Notes under the pieces: model-generated
Seen by the model: only the letters and a program-made list of their open reading frames with translations
Told to the model about the DNA's origin: nothing
Database searches by the model: none
Position numbers and translations under genes: made by a program
Shown here: piece after piece, positions 1 to 8,459 of the stretch
Position numbering within the stretch: the stretch's first letter is position 1
How the letters are laid out: every line of letters begins with the position of its first letter
From: an uncultured virus (IMG/VR IMGVR_UViG_3300028571_002018)
Taxonomy: Duplodnaviria; Heunggongvirae; Uroviricota; Caudoviricetes
Direction: 5' to 3' (one strand)
DNA length: 20,000 nt
Virus record (IMG/VR): IMGVR_UViG_3300028571_002018

Positions 1-2
1 GC

Positions 3-353
3 CCCATCAACCCCAACCGCGTCTTCATCGAGTCGCGCATCGCCTACAAGATGCAGGAGGAAGCCTTCGGCGGTCTGGCGCACAACACGCGCCAGCGCCT
101 GGAGGCCATCGGTGCCAAGCATTCCAAGATCAAGCTGCGGGCTCGCCCGCGCGACACCAACTTCGCGCCCGGCACCGTGCTGCTGCGCGAATGGGGCGAC
201 CGCGAGCACAAGGTGGCGGTCACCGCCGAAGGTCTGTTCGAGTACGAGGGCAGCACCTTCAAGAGCCTGACAGCCGTGGCCCGGCAGATCACCGGCACGC
301 ACTGGTCGGGGCCACTGTTCTTCGGCCTGACCGGCAAGGCAGGTGCGCAATGA
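3..353 (+). CDS. DUF2924 domain-containing protein (5'-truncated by window edge)
   Basis: The frame is open from position 3 (PINPNRVFIESRIAYKMQEEAFGGL). It carries the motifs PGTVLLREW and FKSLTAVARQITGTHWSGPLFFGL and lies directly before a serine recombinase. Confidence 0.85.
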   Translation, partial: PINPNRVFIESRIAYKMQEEAFGGLAHNTRQRLEAIGAKHSKIKLRARPRDTNFAPGTVLLREWGDREHKVAVTAEGLFEYEGSTFKSLTAVARQITGTHWSGPLFFGLTGKAGAQ

Positions 354-1738
354 GCGACGCCACCCAAATCGCCTCTCCCAAGGCGCGCAAACGCTGCGCC
401 GTCTACTGCCGGGTGTCGTCGGACGAACGCCTTGACCAGGAGTTCAACTCCATCGACGCGCAGAAGGAAGCAGGCCACGCCTACGTCGCCAGCCAACGCG
501 CAGAAGGATGGATTCCGGTGGCCGACGACTACGACGACGCCGGCTTCTCCGGCGGCAACACGGATCGTCCAGGGCTGAAACGCCTGATGGCCGACATCGA
601 GCGCGGCCAGATCGACATCGTGGTGGTCTACAAGATTGACCGCCTGACGCGCAGCCTTGCCGACTTCTCCAAGATGGTCGAGGTGTTCGAGCGCCAGGGC
701 GTGTCGTTCGTGTCGGTCACGCAGCAGTTCAACACCACCACCTCGATGGGACGGCTGATGCTCAACGTGCTGCTGTCCTTCGCCCAGTTCGAGCGCGAGG
801 TCACCGGCGAGCGCATCCGCGACAAGATCGCCGCCAGCAAACGCAAAGGGATGTGGATGGGTGGCGTGCCGCCGCTCGGCTTCGATGTCGAGAACCGCCT
901 GCTGGTCATCAACGACACCGAGGCGGCGGTGGTGCGACGCATCTTCGAGGAGATGCTGACCATCGGATCGCCCACCCAGATTGCCGCCAACCTGACGCTG
1001 GATGGCATCACGACCAAGGCGTGGACGACACAGGACGGCCAGACGCGGGCGGGCACGCGCATCGACAAGAAGTACCTGCACAAGCTGCTGCGCAACCGCA
1101 TCTACCTCGGGGAGTTGTCGCACAAGGGCAGTTGGTACCCGGGTGTGCATCAAGCCATCATCGATCCCGGGCTGTGGGGCCGGGTTCACGAGGTGCTGGC
1201 CAAGGATGGCCACACTCGGTCGGTGGAAACCAAGATCAGGTCGCGCACCGACGCCTTGCTGCGCGGCCTGCTGTACGCACCCTCAGGCGAGCGGATGTAC
1301 CCGACCTACTCGCGCAAGAACGGGCGCAAGTACCACTACTACGTGTCCAAGTCGGAAGCGCGGTTCGGCGCGCCGGGCAAGGGCTATGAGCGCCTGCCCG
1401 CGCCGGAGATCGAGGGGGCGGTGGTGGCCCAGATCCGCACGGTGCTGACCAGCCCGGAGACCGTAGCGTCGGTGGTGCGGCACATCCAACGCAACGGGGC
1501 CCAGATCGATGAGGCCACCACCGTGATGGCGATGGGACGGCTCAACAACGTCTGGGATCAACTGTTCCCGGTCGAGCGCCACCGCATCGCCAATCTGATG
1601 ATCGAGCGCATCGACCTCGTCCACACGGGCGAGGTTCAGGGGATCAAGGTGAAGTGGCGTGAGGTGGGTTGGAACGCGCTGATCAAGGAGTTCGCCCCGG
1701 ACAGCATCGGTGCCGAACTGTTGGAGGTCGAAGCCTGA
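350..1738 (+). CDS. Large serine recombinase (resolvase + recombinase domains), 462 aa
   Basis: Motifs are catalytic YCRVSS, DDAGFSGGNTDRPGL, VYKIDRLTRS, FAQFEREVTGERIRDK, GGVPPLGF and HQAIID. The ATG at 350 overlaps the upstream TGA; the longer start at 191 in the track is unlikely. Confidence 0.95.
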   Translation: MSDATQIASPKARKRCAVYCRVSSDERLDQEFNSIDAQKEAGHAYVASQRAEGWIPVADDYDDAGFSGGNTDRPGLKRLMADIERGQIDIVVVYKIDRLTRSLADFSKMVEVFERQGVSFVSVTQQFNTTTSMGRLMLNVLLSFAQFEREVTGERIRDKIAASKRKGMWMGGVPPLGFDVENRLLVINDTEAAVVRRIFEEMLTIGSPTQIAANLTLDGITTKAWTTQDGQTRAGTRIDKKYLHKLLRNRIYLGELSHKGSWYPGVHQAIIDPGLWGRVHEVLAKDGHTRSVETKIRSRTDALLRGLLYAPSGERMYPTYSRKNGRKYHYYVSKSEARFGAPGKGYERLPAPEIEGAVVAQIRTVLTSPETVASVVRHIQRNGAQIDEATTVMAMGRLNNVWDQLFPVERHRIANLMIERIDLVHTGEVQGIKVKWREVGWNALIKEFAPDSIGAELLEVEA

Positions 1739-2109
1739 TGGACGAGTCGATGGAAACCTTCGTGCCCCTGACGTTCCGACGCCGGGGCGTCCAGCGCGTG
1801 GCCACCGACGAGCGTAGCGTCCACGACGTGACCCTGCTCGACGGTGTGGCACGGGCCTTTTACTGGCAGCACCTGCTGGACACCGGCGCGATGCAGAGCG
1901 GGTCGGCCATCGCCCGCGCCGAGAAGCTGCACCACTCGGTGGTCAACGAACTGCTGCGCCTGACCCTGTTGGCCCCCGACATCATTGAGCAGTTCATGGC
2001 GGGCAAGCAGCCACGGCGGCTGACGCTGATGTGGTTTCAGCGAAACCGCCTGATGGTCGACTGGCACGCCCAGCGCCAGCTCATGGCCACCTTCGAGGAG
2101 GACGTATGA
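1738..2109 (+). CDS. Recombinase-associated HTH-like protein, paralog 1 (123 aa)
   Basis: TGATG coupling to the recombinase; ARAFYWQHLLDTG...SAIARAEKLHHSVVNELLRLTLLAPDIIE. Similar to the next gene. Confidence 0.8.
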   Translation: MDESMETFVPLTFRRRGVQRVATDERSVHDVTLLDGVARAFYWQHLLDTGAMQSGSAIARAEKLHHSVVNELLRLTLLAPDIIEQFMAGKQPRRLTLMWFQRNRLMVDWHAQRQLMATFEEDV

Positions 2110-2585
2110 GCAAAAAGCATCGTGGCCACGCCAAGGGCGACCCAGTGACGTATCAGACGCCGCTGCCTGCTGGCGGCGTGCAGATGGAAACATTCCTGCC
2201 CTGGACGCTGGTGCGCCGGGGTTTGAAGAAGCAGGTCATCACGCCGCTGGACGCGCCGCAGGAGTTCCTGGACGAGGCCCGCCGTGAGCGGCAGGTGCGG
2301 GAGATGGCGCAGGACACTCCCTTGATCCGGGCGCTCGGCCTCGCGCACCACTGGCAGCGCCTGCTGGACGAAGGACGGTTCAGTTCAATGACCGAGATCG
2401 CGGCGGCCGAAGGCATCGACCTCGGCCAAGCGAGCAAGATGAGCCGACTGGCACAACTGGCCCCCGACTTGATCGAAGCCATCGCCCTGGGACGCCTCGA
2501 TGTGGGCGTCAGCCAGTTGCTGCGCGGCAAGTTGACGGCGTCCTGGCTGGCGCAACGCGAGGCGCTGGTGGCAGGCTCGCGCTGA
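2106..2585 (+). CDS. Recombinase-associated HTH-like protein, paralog 2 (159 aa)
   Basis: ATGA overlap at 2106; LGLAHHWQRLLDEG...TEIAAAEGIDLGQASKMSRLAQLAPDLIE. Confidence 0.8.
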   Translation: MSKKHRGHAKGDPVTYQTPLPAGGVQMETFLPWTLVRRGLKKQVITPLDAPQEFLDEARRERQVREMAQDTPLIRALGLAHHWQRLLDEGRFSSMTEIAAAEGIDLGQASKMSRLAQLAPDLIEAIALGRLDVGVSQLLRGKLTASWLAQREALVAGSR

Positions 2586-2605
2586 CATCCGTGCCGCAGC
2601 GACAC

Positions 2606-2627
2606 GCCGCCGCAAGGCGGCTTTTTT
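2606..2627 (+). terminator. Rho-independent terminator of the recombinase operon
   Basis: GCCGCC-GCAA-GGCGGC followed by TTTTTT, 20 nt after the stop at 2585. Confidence 0.85.
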
Positions 2628-2850
2628 GTGCCTTTCGCTGTCTCGGTCGCGCGCTCCCGAGCAAGCGAAGAAGCAAACCAATGGCCCGCAAACCCGCGCC
2701 AACACACGACTTCTGGCCTTGAATGCTCAAGAGGGCAGCAGAGAACAGAGAGAGAAAAACGGCGGAGTGCGCGCCTGCAACGGCGACTTCCGGAGGGGCG
2801 TGCTCAAGAGGACAAGGCCGGAAACCGCGCAAACACAGGGGGAACGGGCG

Positions 2851-2881
2851 AAAAAAAACCAACCGAGAACGGTTGGTTTTT
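2851..2881. terminator. Bidirectional terminator-like hairpin
   Basis: AAAAACCAACCG-AGAA-CGGTTGGTTTTT is a perfect 12-bp inverted repeat, with A8 on the left and T5 on the right. Confidence 0.7.
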
Positions 2882-3148
2882 CAAATAGTGGTGGTGGGGC
2901 CGCACCCCCTGTCAAACCCAGCGAACTGGGCTCCTTTTTGCTGCCAATGGCTGCATCGAATAGCTGCGGAAACCTCCAACATAACTGGCAGTCTATCAGA
3001 GGCCGATGGTCGACCCCATCGAGAACTGTGGACGCCAGTTCAAATCCGTATTTCGCACTTGAACCGCCGTCCGCATTTTTTCACCTCTTGGCTTTGGGCT
3101 GAAAACACGCCTTCATGGAGTACCACCAACTCATTCGGAAGGAAACCC

Positions 3149-3361
3149 GTGGAAACCAAACATCTGGGACAAAAACAGCTCGCAGCCCGTTGGAGCATCA
3201 GCGAGGCCAGTCTTGAGCGCTGGCGCAGCGAGGGCATTGGCCCGAAGTTCCTAAAACTCCCCGGCCGCGTCCTCTACCGCCAGGTCGACATCGAAGCCTT
3301 CGAAGAGTCTTGCCTGTCAACATCGACAAAGGCCCTGGCTGGGCCGGTTAGATTCGAATGA
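3149..3361 (+). CDS. Small AlpA/excisionase-like HTH DNA-binding protein (70 aa)
   Basis: GTG at 3149 follows an AAGGA RBS; HLGQKQLAARWSISEASLERWRSEGIGPKFLKLPGRVLYRQVDIEAFE. Confidence 0.8.
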   Translation: METKHLGQKQLAARWSISEASLERWRSEGIGPKFLKLPGRVLYRQVDIEAFEESCLSTSTKALAGPVRFE

Positions 3362-3554
3362 AAATGTTGCGTTTTGTCGGCATTTCTGCACAAGTGCCGA
3401 CGTTCTAGATTGGACCCAAACGAAGCAACTAACCAAAAACACACCCAATTGCACCCAATTGTTGAAATGAAGCGCCTATCCGCGAACTGGGAAAACACCG
3501 GGAACCACTCACCTCCGGTGGCGTATCAAACACTCCGTTGCTTGTCTTGCGGGC

Positions 3555-4400
3555 TCAGATGACCCCGACAGCTTGAAACTTACCGCGCAGTCTTTTCACC
3601 ACATCGACCAGCACAATTGGATCAAGCTGGTTCTTTTTCAAAAATGCCTTCCACTGAGTTTGCTTGGTTACATCTCCTGCAAAGGCGTCTGTAAAGCCGA
3701 CGGGCACCGTGATCGGCATGGGCATTTTGCGGCGCTCAAAAGTTGCTTCAATGGCACGGCGCACTTCGGATGGGTCAAGCGTGGTGTCATCCAGTAGCAC
3801 CCACAAATCGAAGTAATCCTTCATTCGTGTGTTGGCCAGCCCCAGCAGGCACACGGCATGGAATTTCTCGGCGACGACCGTGTATTTCGGATATGCCCGC
3901 AGCTGCGGTGCCGGAAGATCTTCCAACAGTACCGGATAACTGATCGCCTGTGGTGCCGGAGTCACCGCGTCACCGAACCCGATGTCAACTTGCAGAGCAA
4001 TGCGCGCACCATCTAGCTTTGCCTGAATGTCGATCCGCACTCCGCCATAGCCAGCCTCCTTGCGGATGACTGAACCCTTGACTGAATCGGGGTCAAACAC
4101 CACCCCGTCTTCCGATGGGGTCAGGCAAATTTGGCGGAAAGTCTTGACTGCTGTTTCAACGTCGTCCGGGCCAAAGCCCAAAAGATCAGCATCACGGGTG
4201 GGCCGGTGCGCGACGTCATACCAAAGCGTAAACAGCAGCGCCCCTTTGAGCAGAAAATTTGAGGCGTGCTCGGAAACGGACAGTCGGTACAGCAGACGCT
4301 CCAGACCGTAATGCGTGAGCGTCAAATTGAAGTCTTGCTTGGTCGCATCAGCGTGTTGCTTCAAACGCGCCCGGACCGATGCAGCCAGATTTCGACTCAT
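3555..4400 (-). CDS. abiEii: AbiEii/AbiGii-family nucleotidyltransferase toxin (type IV TA)
   Basis: Motifs FLLKGALL, RPTRDADL, VDIGFGD, VVAEKFHA and TRMKDYFDL; ATGA overlap with the upstream antitoxin. Confidence 0.9.
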   Translation of the reverse strand: MSRNLAASVRARLKQHADATKQDFNLTLTHYGLERLLYRLSVSEHASNFLLKGALLFTLWYDVAHRPTRDADLLGFGPDDVETAVKTFRQICLTPSEDGVVFDPDSVKGSVIRKEAGYGGVRIDIQAKLDGARIALQVDIGFGDAVTPAPQAISYPVLLEDLPAPQLRAYPKYTVVAEKFHAVCLLGLANTRMKDYFDLWVLLDDTTLDPSEVRRAIEATFERRKMPMPITVPVGFTDAFAGDVTKQTQWKAFLKKNQLDPIVLVDVVKRLRGKFQAVGVI

Positions 4401-5014
4401 GTTGTCACGCTTTCCAGGTATGGGCGCATGACATTGGCCACGCGGTCAACCGTCGCGAAATGCCAGATTTCGTCCATTGTGAATTTTCGTTGCGCCCAGC
4501 CATCGCGTAGGGCTTCCAGGGCAACGTCCAGCCCAATTTTGTTGCGGTATTTGAAGCAGTCCGCCACTGTCTTGGCAGCGTTAAACACCCGCACGCTCAC
4601 GCCATCAACCTGCAGTTGTTCAATGCCATCTGTGAAAGCCACCCCTGACATGCGCACGGCGCGAATTTTGGGCTGGTCAAGCCTTGGAATGGGTGCCCGA
4701 TGTTCAATGGCAAGCCAGACCTCAAAAGGTGCCTGTGTCCCGATGCCATGCACCCGCAGTGCCGAAAGCAGGCAAACAACTCCGTGCGGTACACGCAGCG
4801 CCACTTCCGCCAGGGACCGGTGCTCGCTGATTGCCTGCCCTGGCAGGCCATAAACTCCTCTGGCAACTCTTTCGAGCTTCCCTGCGGCGACCAGTCGGCT
4901 GAGCACTATGGTTGGCAGTTGCTGCTGCGCTAGGTCCCGAGCACGCAGCAGCGGTCTTGCCCTGGCAAGTTCAAGGACAGCCTGCTCATGCGTCGGATTG
5001 GGCCGAAAATTCAT
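4397..5014 (-). CDS. abiEi: AbiEi-family antitoxin / transcriptional regulator (type IV TA)
   Basis: N-terminal wHTH (GKLERVARGVY), VVCLLSALRVHG and AKTVADCFKYRNKIGLDVALEAL. ATG 5014 is preferred over the track's TTG at 5032, which lies inside the promoter. Confidence 0.88.
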   Translation of the reverse strand: MNFRPNPTHEQAVLELARARPLLRARDLAQQQLPTIVLSRLVAAGKLERVARGVYGLPGQAISEHRSLAEVALRVPHGVVCLLSALRVHGIGTQAPFEVWLAIEHRAPIPRLDQPKIRAVRMSGVAFTDGIEQLQVDGVSVRVFNAAKTVADCFKYRNKIGLDVALEALRDGWAQRKFTMDEIWHFATVDRVANVMRPYLESVTT

Positions 5015-5020
5015 AGTGCA

Positions 5021-5075
5021 AGTATGTTGCAATATCTATGCATTTGTCAATAAATTACACGCTATAGCAACAAAC
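5021..5075 (-). promoter_or_regulatory. Sigma70-like abiE promoter overlapped by an inverted-repeat operator
   Basis: On the minus strand, TTGACA (5050-5045), an 18-nt spacer, then CATACT (5026-5021). The inverted repeat is GTATGTTGCAATA (5022-5034) / TATAGCAACAAAC (5063-5075), an 11/13 match. Confidence 0.7.
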
Positions 5076-5133
5076 ATGCTTACTTGATCATCCATTCTTC
5101 CTGACTTTGTACAAACGTCTGACTTGCGGTGAC

Positions 5134-6078
5134 TCAAGATAGTGAGGCATCGACTTCGTTCAGCAATTCACGTGTCAGTCGGTATATGCCCGGTCGTTTG
5201 CTTTCTCGCGGGCCAGCGACATTCAGGGTCTTGATTTCGTGCTGACGCAGCCATTCGAGAACGCACTTCGCCGATTCCCCGCTAACGCCCTGATCGGCCT
5301 GAACCACAAGGAACGGCTTGTTCAATCGCTCAGCGAAGACCTGGGTGGCAAGTGTCCCCCCATCCATTTCACCGCAATTAACAATCAGCGTGCCATCACT
5401 CTCCTCAACATTACGGCGTGTACGCTGCCGGTAGCCACCGTGATCCAACTCAACCAGCTGATACTTCATGGGAATCTTGCGGTCCTCGGCTTCGCGACCC
5501 TGAGGTGCCCATCCACCGTGCGTGTAACCGTGCTCAATGGCAAAATCCAACGCGCCACGATCCGCCCCAGTCTGGCCGCCTGAAATAATATGCTGGCAAA
5601 AGCGAACTGCCTCGAAGTTTGATCCGCGAAACGTCGGCAAATGCATCAACGCGCCATCAGCAAGGACTTCTGTGCGCTCGGCGAGTCGATGGTTAGGGTC
5701 TTCACAGGGTTTGTCGTAAACGACGCGATAGTCTTCACCAACCTCATCCTTCAGCAAACGCGCCAGGTGGACACCACGCGCATGAAACTCAAGCCAATCC
5801 CAATCACTTGCATCGAAATCTTCAGAGTAAAACCGCGTGCGGTCAAAGGCGACGGCCCAGTCTGCAAACTTTCTCCAAAGAACTTCCGACATTGGACATG
5901 ATTCATCCCAGCCGGTGCCATCGCATATATTGCCGCCGATGCCCAATTCATTAGGTGCATCGACAAGCCACAAGAATGGCGCATTGCCATAGTCCACCAT
6001 CACGGTGAGGACGGGAATAAAGGGCAAATTTTCAGCATTCATGATGGCGGGCTTTACGTTTTGGAGATACCAATTCAC
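5134..6078 (-). CDS. Unknown N-terminal domain fused to cpYpsA SLOG ('putative molybdenum carrier') domain
   Basis: The C-terminal half has IISGGQTGADRGALD, GGWAPQGREAED, YRQRTRRNVEESDGTL, GGTLAT and LNVAGPRESKRPGIY. The start is uncertain (GTG 6078 or ATG 6042). Confidence 0.85.
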   Translation of the reverse strand: MNWYLQNVKPAIMNAENLPFIPVLTVMVDYGNAPFLWLVDAPNELGIGGNICDGTGWDESCPMSEVLWRKFADWAVAFDRTRFYSEDFDASDWDWLEFHARGVHLARLLKDEVGEDYRVVYDKPCEDPNHRLAERTEVLADGALMHLPTFRGSNFEAVRFCQHIISGGQTGADRGALDFAIEHGYTHGGWAPQGREAEDRKIPMKYQLVELDHGGYRQRTRRNVEESDGTLIVNCGEMDGGTLATQVFAERLNKPFLVVQADQGVSGESAKCVLEWLRQHEIKTLNVAGPRESKRPGIYRLTRELLNEVDASLS

Positions 6079-6114
6079 TTTCTAATTGCAGTCTCCTCTT
6101 TGAGCTAGAAGTGA

Positions 6115-6933
6115 TCACCGAATGATCTCGATGATTTCCCATGCATCTTTGTTGTAGATAGGTGACGGGTGGTACTTAAATTTCACAGCAGTCTTACGGC
6201 CAATGTCTTCCCGCAATGCTCGACAAAATGAACGTCCACTTTGCAGATACGCTAGGTAAGCAGGAATCTCCGACTCACTATTTGGAAACACACCGATCGA
6301 CTTCCACGCCAAATACGCTTCCATTAGTTCGGCTTCAAGATTGAGGTCTTCCATTTGGTATCCAACCCCGCCAACAGTGACAAAGCCATGGTACGCATCA
6401 ACCACCACTTGACAAGCCAAAATTCGCCGATCAGGCTCCATCGTATGCGCAGAAAACGGTCGTGTTTCCAGTGCCAATACCTGTTCGAGTTCGACACCAT
6501 GAACTTGGAACTCACACGGAATCGGTGCTGATATGGCCAGCGATTTGATTTGCTTGATGCCCGAGTCAATTGCATCTATGTATTGCTCAGGCTCAAAAAC
6601 GAAGTGCTCAAACGTCGTTACACCATGCTCCCACAGGTCAGGGGTGTCCTCATTGACTGAAAGCGGATCTGGACTTTTCCACGTGATCTCTTTATGAGAG
6701 TGTCCGACTTCAATGCCTTGAAAGATACCTGCGCACCCGGGTTGACCGCATCCGCAGGTGAAAATGTCAAGCTCGCCTGACCACTGACAACTTTTGACAA
6801 GACTGGTTAAGTCCAATGGATGCTCTGGGTGAAACTCGACACCATTGATTTTTAGTCCGTAATCAACAACAGACCCCGAGTACCCTGGTGAATCGACCAT
6901 GACTACTTCTAACTCGATGGTGTCGTACTTCAT
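6115..6933 (-). CDS. Hypothetical protein with CxCGxxGC motif (272 aa)
   Basis: Long ORF co-oriented with its neighbours and closely spaced. IFTCGCGQPGCAG is a putative metal-binding motif. Confidence 0.75.
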   Translation of the reverse strand: MKYDTIELEVVMVDSPGYSGSVVDYGLKINGVEFHPEHPLDLTSLVKSCQWSGELDIFTCGCGQPGCAGIFQGIEVGHSHKEITWKSPDPLSVNEDTPDLWEHGVTTFEHFVFEPEQYIDAIDSGIKQIKSLAISAPIPCEFQVHGVELEQVLALETRPFSAHTMEPDRRILACQVVVDAYHGFVTVGGVGYQMEDLNLEAELMEAYLAWKSIGVFPNSESEIPAYLAYLQSGRSFCRALREDIGRKTAVKFKYHPSPIYNKDAWEIIEIIR

Positions 6934-6952
6934 ATGAGTCCTGAATGATCAA

Positions 6953-7726
6953 TCACATCCGATAACGCATCGGAGCAGATTGCCGCTCTTTAATCATCTT
7001 TGAAATTAGCTGTCCGGTTACATCATCCTTTTTGATGTCCATCGATGAAATCAATAATTCAGCCTCGTCAAATCGTCCTTGCTCCCTAAAAAGATCGACT
7101 AGATCGATGACATACCCCTTGCGAGAAGTTTCCCAGCGGTCAAATAGAACTTTGCTGAGACGCTGCATGTTTTGAAGTTGCACATCCGTTGGATCGAAGG
7201 CCGGATAAGTGAACGGACTGTTTTGTGGACGTCTGTATTCCGGTGGTTTTCGACGAAGGAACTTGTCCCACCAGGTTCTGCGATCTGGATTTGCTACAAC
7301 CCATGCCGTTTTGGTTGCGGCCTCTTCAGCATCCCTGTGCTGACGGTATCTATCACGGTACTCGTGATTGAGATGTCTCCAGTAACCCAGCCTAGCCGCG
7401 ACCTCCATGTCCTCACTGCTCGCCTTTGAGATGCACTCGGGCAAAAGATCGTCGGGCACATGATCCATAAATGGCAGTTCATTGGACTCATCGTCGTCCG
7501 CACTGGGTGCTGCTGGTCTCTCGATTGAGACCATGTCCTTTATCAGGACAAACCGCCCACATTTGCACCGTCGCAAGCCTTCGTCGTTCGGCATGAGTGA
7601 CCACTCGCGCCAACCATCCGTCCAGTATTCAAATGCCGAAAAATTCATCGACACGTATCTTGGGAAGGCATATTGCGCACCACAGCACGGCGCTGCCATG
7701 ATTCGAACACCACGAACGATGGTCAT
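6953..7726 (-). CDS. Hypothetical protein with N-terminal Cys pairs and C-terminal TPR-like helix (DUF2225-like architecture)
   Basis: APCCGA ... RRCKCG is a candidate zinc ribbon and LVDLFREQGRFDEAELL is TPR-like. The family assignment is tentative. Confidence 0.7.
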   Translation of the reverse strand: MTIVRGVRIMAAPCCGAQYAFPRYVSMNFSAFEYWTDGWREWSLMPNDEGLRRCKCGRFVLIKDMVSIERPAAPSADDDESNELPFMDHVPDDLLPECISKASSEDMEVAARLGYWRHLNHEYRDRYRQHRDAEEAATKTAWVVANPDRRTWWDKFLRRKPPEYRRPQNSPFTYPAFDPTDVQLQNMQRLSKVLFDRWETSRKGYVIDLVDLFREQGRFDEAELLISSMDIKKDDVTGQLISKMIKERQSAPMRYRM

Positions 7727-7842
7727 GCTGCATTCTGCTTTCTCAACTCATGCCAGCCGTGAACGGATGTTTGACAACGTGCATTGGTCAAGGTTGACCA
7801 TGCCGTATCGATGTGATGTTCGATCATCCTATTGAGTTGCCG

Positions 7843-8376
7843 TCAGAGCAGTTCTGACTGTCTGGCAAACAGACCATCGAAGGTTGCTTCAAGTCCAGGG
7901 TGAATGCCACGTACACCAGCCACCACGCGAGCCGCCCAATCAAAATAAGCTTTCTTTCGCTCCGCAGTCCAATCCGCCGGTGGCGATGCCAGGATGTCTC
8001 TCAAATTACAAATTTTGTCAGCCAGCTTGACCAATTTGGCTTCGGAGGACATAAGAGGCGCGTGCCGCACCTGTTCCTCTTTTCGAACTGCCTTTTCCAA
8101 GCTTTTGTCATCGGTCACTTCCAGCACGATGCTCGTGACCTTGTCTCCAAAAATATCTGCCAACTCTTTTGCGGTCGTATCGGTGTCTTCAACGGTGTCG
8201 TGCAGCATCGCTGCACAGATCACATCCGGGTTTTCGACACCGCCCTCAACGGCAAGAACGCTGGCCAACGCCAACGGGTGGTTGATGTAGGGCGAGGCAT
8301 CGACATCTTTGCGACGCTGATTTTTGTGCTTCTCGGCTGCAAATTGGGCGGCTTTCACGATTGCTGCAACTGTCAT
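7843..8376 (-). CDS. Mesh1-like HD-domain small alarmone hydrolase ((p)ppGpp-type 3'-pyrophosphohydrolase)
   Basis: Motifs FAAEKHKNQRRK, PYINHP, AAMLHDTVEDT, VLEVTDDK and VKLADKICNLRD. The ATG at 8376 follows an AAAGGGAA RBS-like sequence. Confidence 0.9.
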   Translation of the reverse strand: MTVAAIVKAAQFAAEKHKNQRRKDVDASPYINHPLALASVLAVEGGVENPDVICAAMLHDTVEDTDTTAKELADIFGDKVTSIVLEVTDDKSLEKAVRKEEQVRHAPLMSSEAKLVKLADKICNLRDILASPPADWTAERKKAYFDWAARVVAGVRGIHPGLEATFDGLFARQSELL

Positions 8377-8459
8377 AATTTTCCCTTTCTGTATTTCATC
8401 CCTTGACACGCACCGCCGAAATCACGGTGTTCGATTTTTCATTCCGACATATTTCAGTC

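Larger units (their letters stand above)
1..2890 (+). mobile_element. Terminal recombination module of an integrative/prophage-like element (DUF2924 + large serine recombinase + two accessory genes)
   Basis: Four translationally coupled genes (ATGA/TGATG overlaps) are visibly more GC-rich than the downstream cargo and are closed by two terminators. The element continues left of the window, and the right boundary is approximate. Confidence 0.6.

Noticed and set aside
44..1213. 389-aa minus-strand ORF and other long ORFs overlapping the recombinase module
   Set aside because: These are antisense or alternate-frame shadows of GC-rich genes that have clear family motifs on the plus strand.
3030..3055. 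GTTCAAATCC T-loop-like sequence
   Set aside because: The flanks (GCCAG/CCGTA) do not form a T-stem and no acceptor or D arm was found.
2723..3148. N-terminal extension of the 212-aa ORF 2723..3361
   Set aside because: It crosses a terminator hairpin and looks non-coding; only the part from GTG 3149, which has an RBS, resembles a protein family.
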